NCBI GenBank assembly: GCA_964016885.1 | Contig: OZ024742.1 | Span: forward strand, 234,670,001-234,734,000 | Source of the DNA: Eledone cirrhosa | Lineage: Eukaryota | Direction: 5' to 3' | DNA length: 64,000 bases | Part shown: positions 1 to 8,819 of the stretch, one piece after another | How the letters are laid out: each line of letters begins with the position of its first letter | Numbering within the stretch: position 1 is the stretch's first letter | The notes under the pieces: generated by a model | Database searches by the model: none | Told to the model about the DNA's origin: nothing | What the model saw: the letters and a program-made list of their open reading frames with translations, nothing else | Position numbers and translations under genes: made by a program

Positions 1-461
1 GGCGTCCTGGAGTCTCATTTGTTTTCACTTTCAAAATAATCATCGTCGGACGAAATTTCAGAAATATAAACATCAGATTCATTTTAAGATAAATCACTAA
101 TATTATTGTTTGTTTCTTGTTTATTCTGAATGTCGTCGTGTGTAAAAACTTCAAAGTCGGTATCACTACTTTCATAAGCCATGTTGATACAAAAAAAATA
201 TTTGTTGTTCTTTCAAAGTTAAAAAAACACATGTTGTTTTAAGTTGTTCCACTATATTAAGTGTTAATTTTCGCGGTAAAGGCCTAATCTCGCAGCAGTC
301 TCGAATTGACGAGATTTTGATGATGGTTTGTTTATTTTTAGAACGATTTTTTAGTGTGGGTGTTTTCGGGCGGTTTAAACAAATGAAGGGGAAATAATTT
401 TGGCCGGTTTGAACACTAAAGGGTTAAACAATTTTGGCCGGTTTGAACACTAAAGGGTTAA
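1..461 (-). mobile_element. Terminal part of a degenerate piggyBac-type DNA transposon; the terminus plus TTAA is tandemly duplicated
   Basis: Ends ...GGCCGGTTTGAACACTAAAGGG|TTAA (421-427), repeated at 432-461. The reverse complement CCCTTTAGTGTTCAAACCGGCCAAAA matches MITE ends at 12548 and 42040. The interior minus strand gives a broken acidic peptide (NESDVYISEISSDDDYFESEN), as in piggyBac transposase N-termini. Confidence 0.6.
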
Positions 462-836
462 ACAAAATTAGCACATGAAACCAGTACATAAGCAGCTCAT
501 CTTGGACCTACCTGAGCTACACACCCATCCCTTCAGTCCCATAAATTGACAATTGTTTCAGAGTGTCTTGCTCCTTGTCAACATTGTGTATTCTGCTCAT
601 TAGCTACCATCTGGAACTGCTGAGAATACATAGTATTCTCAAATGTATACATTCGCTGATTAGCCTCATTTGCATACTGAACAATTTTATGGCCAACTTC
701 TGAAATCCGCTAGGCGCCACTGGCCATCAGCTTTCTATTCATAGCTGAGCTTTCAAAGTGTTTATTTATTAAACATACCTTATATCTTTAGATATACGAA
801 ATTCACAATGTGTCGAAGCTAAATTTTAATTTTATA

Positions 837-877
<41 letters not shown>

Positions 878-1562
878 TAAAAAAATAATGAATAAACAAA
901 GAAACAGTTCCTTATATTAAACAAAAAAAGTTCATTATTTTACGATCGTTTCTAGGACATATATGTGTTAGAATTGGTATGCATTTATCTACATATATAT
1001 ATATATATATATATATATACGCACATATATAACATATATGCATATATAAGTTATGGTTTTCAACCTATACTAGATTTCTGTCTTCATTTCATTTCCCCAA
1101 ACTGTAGAACTGACCACTATTTTCTCAACATCAGCATTATATTGACCTTTTGTATGTATATATATCATCATCATCATCATCATCAACGTTTAACGTCCGT
1201 GTTCCACGCTTGCATGGGTTTGGACGGGGGTAGTCCCACTTGAGGCAAGAGTGATTGTCTTGCTCGCATAGGACTGTCTGGCAGGTTTTCTACAGTTGGA
1301 TGCCCTTCCTAACACCAACCACATTTACAGTGTGGGTCTGGGAGGTTTTTACCGTGTTGCCTACACGGCCACATTACAGCGTGGACTGTGTGTTTTTTTG
1401 TCGTGACACCTACACGATCTCATTTGTTTCGGCCTCGATGGCGCGGCACCAACATAACTTTACATAGAACGGGGTGGTGTGGATCGGGTGGGGGTGGTGG
1501 TGGTGGGACGGGGTGTATTTTGTTAGAGATGCCTACTGGCTGGAGTAGGTTTTACTATATAT

Positions 1563-3944
1563 TTAGGTAAGGCGGGTCTTCTCTGTTACTGAGTAGCGCC
1601 AAAGGTCTCGGTCCAGTGACATTGTCTTGGAGAGGTGTAAGTGTGTGATGTCGGAGTTTATCAGCTCGTCCCAGGTTTTTCTAGGTCTGCCTATTCCGTG
1701 ACTACCGTCTATCTTTATTGCCCTGCACTTTGTTATACAGCTATCGACTTTCATGCGCATCACGTGTCCATACCAACGTAGCCTTCTCTCGAGTAAACAA
1801 CATCTGATCCCTCTTATCTCTAATTTTTTCCTTAGTTCGTTTATGCTTTGCCGTTCACGTATATTACTGTTACACATCCAGCGGAGCATGCAAGCTTCGT
1901 TCCTCTCTAGTCTGCGTATATCCTCTGCACACAATGCCCAGGTCTCACTGCCATGCAGCATTGCTGTTCGTATGCAGGCATCGTACAACCTGCCTTTCAT
2001 TTTTAGTGAGAACCCTTTAGCAGCTAATAGTGGTATAAGCTCTCTGAACTTTTTCCAACCAGTTCTGACTCTAGCTACAGTACTCTCAGAGCACCCTCCC
2101 CCACTGCTGATTTTATCGCCCAGGTAACGGAAGCTGTCCACTATTTCTATAGAACCCTCTGCGCAATTGAAAGAGCTAGTAGTTTGTGGGCACTTGCTGC
2201 TACTTATTGCACCAGAGCACCGGCCACATGTAAAATCTATGTTCTTAGTTAGCTTACCTGTGATCCCACTACATCTTTTATGCACCCATACTTTGCATTT
2301 AGGACATAAAATGGAGTTTCTACCTACGCCTTTCCTACACACCGAGCACGACCATTTCCCAGAAGGGACCGCCGCCTTGTTTTCTTTCCTACAAACTAGT
2401 ACTTTGGTCTTAGCCAGGTTAATTTTAAGTCCTTTTGACTCTAGGCCGTGCTTCCATGTTTGGAATTTCTTCTCTAGCTCGGCCATTGATTCCGCTATGA
2501 GTGTCAGGTCGTCTGCGTATAGGAGTTCCCATGGGCAGCCTGTCTTGAACTCCTCTGTTATAGCCTGAAGGGCAATAATAAATAGTAGTGGACTGAGAAC
2601 AGAGCCCTGATGGACGCCAACTTTTACGCTAAACTCTTCACTATATTCGTTGTTAATTCTAACCTTGCTGACTGTTTCTTTATACATGGCTTGTATAGCC
2701 CTCACAAGCCATTCGTCAACGCCTAGTTTTCTAAGAGCCCACCAGATAATGGAGCGGGGGACTCTGTCGAAGGCTTTCTCCAAGTCGACAAAAGCTAAGT
2801 AGAGGGGTTTACCTTTAGCTAGGTACTTCTCCTGTAGTTGTCGTACTATGAAAAGAGCGTCTGTGGTACTTTTGCCTGACACAAACCCGAACTGCATTTC
2901 ATCTAGGTCAATTCTCTCTCTGATTAGTTGCGCTATTACTCTTTCCGTGACCTTCATGACCTGGTCGATTAATTTAATGCCTCTATAGTTACTCCTATCT
3001 AGGGCGTCTCCTTTACCCTTATAACAGTTAACGATGATGCTGCTATGCCAGTCCTTCGGAACAACCCCATTCTGTACGACTTGGTTAACTATGCGGGTGA
3101 CCATGGTGTGTCCCACCGTGCCAGATGCCTTCAGCATCTCAGCAACTATTTCCGAAGGCCCAGCCGCCTTACCAGTCTTCATATCCTTGATTGCCTTACT
3201 TATTATACTCCCCTCGACTAACACTGCTGGTCCCTCTATTGGGTCGATATGGGGGAGACTGCCTTTCTCCCAATTATTCTCCTCATTTAGAAGCCTTTCA
3301 TAGTGACACTTCCAAGCTACCTTCTTATCAGCGTCGGTGATGGCAAGTGTGCCATCGTCGTTTAGTACACACTTCTCCCCGACAATATCACGGTTTTCCT
3401 TGACGCATTGCCTAGCAATCCTGAACACCTCACGTTTTTGGTCATCGCGTTGTAGAACATGCTTGAACTTTCTTTCCTCAGCTTCCCTTCTTGCTAAGTA
3501 CACTTGTCTCCTAGCTTCCCTCCTGGCCACTTGATAGTCCTCTCTACTTCCCCCATCCCGCCATACTTTCCAAGCCTGCTTTTTGGCCTTAATTGACCCC
3601 TCCACCTTACTGTTCCACCACCATGTTACTCTCCTCCTGCCTACAGGCCTGCTCCAGCCACAGACCTCGTCTGTCGCCAACAGCAGGTTTGCTTTCAGAA
3701 ATTCCCACTCTCCCTCTATATTGTCCGACTCTAAATGTTCTTCCTTACTGTCGAAAGCATCAAGTAATATGCTTTGAAATTTATTCCTGGCTGTGGGGTC
3801 CTTTAGCTTCCATATTTTCCTCCTGAGGATAGTCCTCTTCTGTTGTCGAGTACGTCTCGTCCTGACTATGAGGTCGCTAATTATCAGTCTATGTTGGGAG
3901 GTGCATTCTTCATGGGGGAGGGATTTAGTGTTAACAACAGACAC
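1563..3944 (-). CDS. RTE LINE reverse transcriptase portion with an inserted PHD-type finger
   Basis: Motifs YRGIKL, QFGF, FVDLEKAFDRV, GVHQGSVLSP, LLYADD, FRYLG and RRLRWYGHVMR...GRPRKTW. Confidence 0.93.
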   Translation of the reverse strand: MSVVNTKSLPHEECTSQHRLIISDLIVRTRRTRQQKRTILRRKIWKLKDPTARNKFQSILLDAFDSKEEHLESDNIEGEWEFLKANLLLATDEVCGWSRPVGRRRVTWWWNSKVEGSIKAKKQAWKVWRDGGSREDYQVARREARRQVYLARREAEERKFKHVLQRDDQKREVFRIARQCVKENRDIVGEKCVLNDDGTLAITDADKKVAWKCHYERLLNEENNWEKGSLPHIDPIEGPAVLVEGSIISKAIKDMKTGKAAGPSEIVAEMLKASGTVGHTMVTRIVNQVVQNGVVPKDWHSSIIVNCYKGKGDALDRSNYRGIKLIDQVMKVTERVIAQLIRERIDLDEMQFGFVSGKSTTDALFIVRQLQEKYLAKGKPLYLAFVDLEKAFDRVPRSIIWWALRKLGVDEWLVRAIQAMYKETVSKVRINNEYSEEFSVKVGVHQGSVLSPLLFIIALQAITEEFKTGCPWELLYADDLTLIAESMAELEKKFQTWKHGLESKGLKINLAKTKVLVCRKENKAAVPSGKWSCSVCRKGVGRNSILCPKCKVWVHKRCSGITGKLTKNIDFTCGRCSGAISSSKCPQTTSSFNCAEGSIEIVDSFRYLGDKISSGGGCSESTVARVRTGWKKFRELIPLLAAKGFSLKMKGRLYDACIRTAMLHGSETWALCAEDIRRLERNEACMLRWMCNSNIRERQSINELRKKLEIRGIRCCLLERRLRWYGHVMRMKVDSCITKCRAIKIDGSHGIGRPRKTWDELINSDITHLHLSKTMSLDRDLWRYSVTEKTRLT

Positions 3945-4020
3945 TCTGTCACGTCTTCTGGTAAGGATATAATCTACCTGGCTTGTGTGTTCCCCGGATC
4001 TATAGGTGATCAGGTGATTG

Positions 4021-4794
4021 TCACGTTTTTTTGAAGTTAGTGTTACAGATAGTTAGGTTATTTGCATCACAGAATTCCAGGATTCTGGAGCCTTCCTCAT
4101 TTCTAGTACCAAACCCATAGCCTCCATGGATTTCGTCGTAGCCGTCACAATGTTGTCCAACGTGACCATTTAGGTCGCCTGCGATAATTATATAGTCACT
4201 GTCGGATATTTGGGAGGTAGTTAGCATCAGTGTCTCATAGAATCTGTCTTTTATAGTGCCGGGCAGTCCGGATTGGGGTGCGTACGCAGATATTACTGTC
4301 ACCGTAGTTCTATTGAGGACAAGTCGTATTTTAATTATTCTGTCGTTCACTCTATTTACGTCTATTATCTTATCTGCCCACTTTTCTGCTACCATGATTC
4401 CTACTCCACCCAGCCCATCGTCGTTTCCCACCCAGAAAAGCTTATAACATCGTTTTTTACCCTCAATGAACCTAGCAGACCCACCCCTCCACCTGGTCTC
4501 TTGAATACAACAAACATCGACCTCCTTACGTTCAAGCATTTCTACAACCTCGTTAGCGCGACCCTTTAGGGTGCCTACATTTATGGTACCAACTCTGAAG
4601 TTTTGGATTGCGTTTGGGGGTTGGGGGCGGTGAGGGGCGGGGGGCGATGGGGTTATGTTAGCCGTCCGCGGTCGAAACAATGAGGAGTGCTCGCATTCTC
4701 GTCCAAGGGGTGAATTTGTCTTTATCTTTGGCATTGTCGCTGAGCGTCCAGATTTTTCTCTCTCACCTCCACTCTCCAGGATTCCGCAGTCCAT
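4021..4794 (-). CDS. RTE LINE apurinic-like endonuclease portion, joined to the RT frame by a 1-nt indel
   Basis: Motifs GTINVGTL, CCIQETRW, SAYAPQ and IAGDLNGHVG; an A7 run at 4026-4032 shifts the frame. Confidence 0.9.
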   Translation of the reverse strand: MDCGILESGGEREKSGRSATMPKIKTNSPLGRECEHSSLFRPRTANITPSPPAPHRPQPPNAIQNFRVGTINVGTLKGRANEVVEMLERKEVDVCCIQETRWRGGSARFIEGKKRCYKLFWVGNDDGLGGVGIMVAEKWADKIIDVNRVNDRIIKIRLVLNRTTVTVISAYAPQSGLPGTIKDRFYETLMLTTSQISDSDYIIIAGDLNGHVGQHCDGYDEIHGGYGFGTRNEEGSRILEFCDANNLTICNTNFKKT

Positions 4795-4938
4795 CCATCC
4801 ATCATATATCGTATATCGAAAGGCAACCAGGCAAACGATAGTATAGGCCTCTGGTTTCTGATTGGTCCGCGTAATAATACTGGTGATGCGTGGGGGCTCT
4901 GTTTTATGATTGGTCCACGTAATAGCAATGGTGTTGGG

Positions 4939-7087
4939 TAGCTAGCAAGAAGGTAATGATTGAGTGGGGTCCATGCATTTAACAAGCGATTAACAAAAAT
5001 ACAAAATTTGTTCTGTTAAATACGTCCAAAAACCTACGTATTTAGCACTTAATAGAAACAGAAAATGTAGTTTGTTTTAGCGATAGATTGGCTATTTGGA
5101 CTTGATACGAAATATGGATTGTTTTGAAAATACGCTAGGAGAGAGAGAGAGAGAGAGATGAAGTCTGTACATTACGTTTACATGAATTTCGTGGGACAGC
5201 AAGCAATGAAATGAAATTTGGCGAAGTGAATTCCTATCATATATTTATAGGGAGAGAGAGAGAGAGAGAGAGTGAGAGAGAGCGAGGGTAGGGGGCCACA
5301 TGATGGCTGTGGGTGTTAGGCGTTTGACCGCCCCGTGCCTTCGAAGAAGGAAGAAGGAAAGGATTTTGCTTTTTTTGTTTTGAAGATACGCTAGAATTAG
5401 GGATTGGGGTTTGAAAATACGTTAGGAATTAAGGTTTGAAAATAGCTAGCAAGAAGGTAATGATTGAGTGGGGTCCATGCATTTAACAAGCAATTAACAA
5501 AAATACAAAATTTGTTCTGTTAAATACGTCCAAAAACCTACGTATTTAGCACTTAATAGAAACAGAAAATGTAGTTTGTTTTAGCGATAGATTGGCTATT
5601 TGGACTTGATACGAAATATGGATTGTTTTGAAAATACGCTAGGAGAGAGAGAGAGAGAGAGATGAAGTCTGTACATTACGTTTACATGAATTTCGTGGGA
5701 CAGCAAGCAATGAAATGAAATTTGGCGAAGTGAATTCCTATCATATATTTATAGGGAGAGAGAGAGAGAGAGAGTGAGAGAGAGCGAGGGTAGGGGGCCA
5801 CATGATGGCTGTGGGTGTTAGGCGTTTGACCGCCCCGTGCCTTCGAAGAAGGAAGAAGGAAAGGATTTTGCTTTTTTTGTTTTGAAGATACGCTAGAATT
5901 AGGGATTGGGGTTTGAAAATACGTTAGGAATTAAGGTTTGAAAATAGCTAGCAAGAAGGTAATGATTGAATGGGGTCCATGCATTTAACAAGCGATTAAC
6001 AAAAATACAAAATTTGTTCTGTTAAATACGTCCAAAAACCTACGTATTTAGCACTTAATAGAAACAGAAAATGTAGTTTGTTTTAGCGATAGATTGGCTA
6101 TTTGGACTTGATACGAAATATGGATTGTTTTGAAAATACGCTAGGAGAGAGAGAGAGAGAGAGATGAAGTCTGTACATTACGTTTACATGAATTTCGTGG
6201 GACAGCAAGCAATGAAATGAAATTTGGCGAAGTGAATTCCTATCATATATTTATAGGGAGAGAGAGCGAGGGTAGGGGGCCACATGATGGCTGTGGGTGT
6301 TAGGCGTTTGACCGCCCCGTGCCTTCGAAGAAGGAAGAAGGAAAGGATTTTGCTTTTTTTGTTTTGAAGATACGCTAGAATTAGGGATTGGGGTTTGAAA
6401 ATACGTTAGGAATTAAGGTTTGAAAATAGCTAGCAAGAAGGTAATGATTGAGTGGGGTCCATGCATTTAACAAGCGATTAACAAAAATACAAAATTTGTT
6501 CTGTTAAATACGTCCAAAAACCTACGTATTTAGCACTTAATAGAAACAGAAAATGTAGTTTGTTTTAGCGATAGATTGGCTATTTGGACTTGATACGAAA
6601 TATGGATTGTTTTGAAAATACGCTAGGAGAGAGAGAGAGAGAGAGATGAAGTCTGTACATTACGTTTACATGAATTTCGTGGGACAGCAAGCAATGAAAT
6701 GAAATTTGGCGAAGTGAATTCCTATCATATATTTATAGGGAGAGAGAGAGAGAGAGTGAGAGAGAGCGAGGGTAGGGGGCCCACATGATGGCTGTGGGTG
6801 TTAGGCGTTTGACCGCCCCGTGCCTTCGAAGAAGGAAGAAGGAAAGGATTTTGCTTTTTTTGTTTTGAAGATACGCTAGAATTAGGGATTGGGGTTTGAA
6901 AATACGTTAGGAATTAAGGTTTGAAAATAGCTAGCAAGAAGGTAATGATTGAGTGGGGTCCATGCATTTAACAAGCGATTAACAAAAATACAAAATTTGT
7001 TCTGTTAAATACGTCCAAAAACCTACGTATTTAGCACTTAATAGAAACAGAAAATGTAGTTTGTTTTAGCGATAGATTGGCTATTTG

Positions 7088-7090
<3 letters not shown>
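4939..7090 (-). repeat. Tandem array of ~4.3 near-identical ~500-bp units in the LINE 5' UTR
   Basis: The anchor TAGCTAGCAAGAAGGTAATG recurs at 4939, 5443, 5945, 6427 and 6928; units differ mainly in (GA)n length. Confidence 0.95.
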
Positions 7091-7139
<49 letters not shown>

Positions 7140-7574
7140 TGTGTGTGTGTAACTATATAAAAAAACAATTTATATATATATATTTGTATACACAAACATA
7201 TATAAACATATATATGTATACAGTGAAATTCTGTTATAATAAAATTCATGGAGTATAAAACAAATTCGTTGAGCATGTGGCCAGGGATTGAAAAAAATGT
7301 CATTATACTGAAAAATTTGTTATAATGGTATTCATTATAACAGAATTTTACCTATATATATGCTCACACACATATATGTATAATCATCATCATCATTTAA
7401 CGTCCACCTTCCATGCTAGCATGGGTTAGACAGGTTGGGTCAGGTGATCGTATCCTGCCCATACAAAACTGTTTCTGGCATATATATATATATATGTGTG
7501 TGTTTGTATGTGTATATATATATATATATTTATAATATTAAATAAATGGAAAACTATATTTATAAAACCATATT

Positions 7575-7640
7575 TATTTCATTATATATATTTCGGGGAT
7601 ATCATATTAACAATATGCTATGCCTTCATCAGACAAAATA
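7575..7640 (-). ncRNA. Minimal type I hammerhead ribozyme motif (Penelope-like element type)
   Basis: Minus strand: TATTTTGT-CTGATGA-[AGGCATAGCATATT GTT AATATGATATCCCC]-GAAA-TATATA-TA-ATGAAATA; helices I and II pair and helix III is palindromic. Confidence 0.65.
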
Positions 7641-8007
7641 CAATATAAACAGTTTTATAGATAAATATATTCGACATACCGTAATAAACATCAACTTCAT
7701 TTGGAGAGGTTTACGCTAGCAGTGAAAATACAGAGAGAAAGAAAGAGAGAAAGAAAAGAGGGAAAAAAGAAAGAAAGAAAGACAGAACGAAGAGAAGGAA
7801 GAAAAAGAAAAAGAAGAAAAAAGAAAACGAAGAAATGCATAGAACAAAATAGAGAGATGGAAAAATAGATAAAGCGAAGAGCTTCATGTAAAGAGACAGA
7901 AAGAGATATATATATATAGAGAGAGAGGAAATAGAGATAGATACATATATATATATAGAAAATTAGGTAGTGGGAGGTCATTTTGAGTAAGTGTATCAAT
8001 GATACAT

Positions 8008-8042
<35 letters not shown>

Positions 8043-8819
8043 GCTCAAGTATTAATGTAAGGGAGAAATATAGAGAGATATAGAGAGAGAAAAAATTTAA
8101 AAATAGCCAGACATATTCGAGGCGTAGAAAACCCTATGTTTTAATGTATTAGTATTTATAAAACTTACACTATACTGTAAATATCAGTATTCCTGAATGA
8201 AACAAGTATTCACAATGTGTGAAAATTCATTATCTTATGTTTAGTTTTAAAAAATTCATATGTTTATGTGACAGCTACAAACATCAATGTGAATCCAACT
8301 GATTCACTCCGCAAATTCTAAGTTACCGGAAAACATTCTCAATGTGGTATAAAAATTTGAGAATATTATTATTCTTGCGATTATTTAATATTGTAAATAT
8401 ACTCCAAATATTTGTCGAGTGCTTTCATATCAGTTATAAATATTTACTAGTTGTAACCCAACAATTTTAAATATAACTTTACATGTATATATTTATATAT
8501 ATTTATAGCCATTGCTCCTGGTTTTATTGCTTGTAGATTCTGCCCAGTGCCATCCAAATTCCTCTGGGAAATTAAACTGGTGACAGAATTCATATGAGTG
8601 TGTTTGTGTGATTCTGCTTTTCATCAGTATCATTTCTTTTAATTTTTATTAATTCTTAGGGAATTTTTTGACCAACTGCTTTTGTTAATTGCTTTATTTC
8701 TTTGTTTTTTTAAAATTTGTTTTCTTTCTCTAAGACTTGTTTTGACAATTATCAATGTGTTAAATAATGTTTTGATCAATATTTTATATTTGAAATGTTT
8801 TAGACTTTATTTTTACTTT

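Larger units (their letters stand above)
1165..7090 (-). mobile_element. Near full-length RTE-clade LINE (copy 1) with (GAT)n tail and tandem 5' monomers
   Basis: (CAT)n tail at 1165-1184, 3' UTR, APE+RT coding region 4794-1563 and 5' repeats to 7090; (TA)n on both sides. Confidence 0.92.

Noticed and set aside
4021-4035. Programmed ribosomal frameshift between APE and RT
   Set aside because: Copy 2 has the same region in a single frame; an indel or sequencing error is simpler.
5280-5370. Possible HDV-like ribozyme in the 5' monomer (CCT-TCTTCGA-AGG loop, hairpin + CTAA on the minus strand)
   Set aside because: No partner strands for P1 or P2 were found, so the double pseudoknot cannot be built.
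8537-8600. Possible plus-strand exon (FCPVPSKFLWEIKL)
   Set aside because: The acceptor is plausible, but donor and phase do not link to downstream exons and no homology is recognisable.
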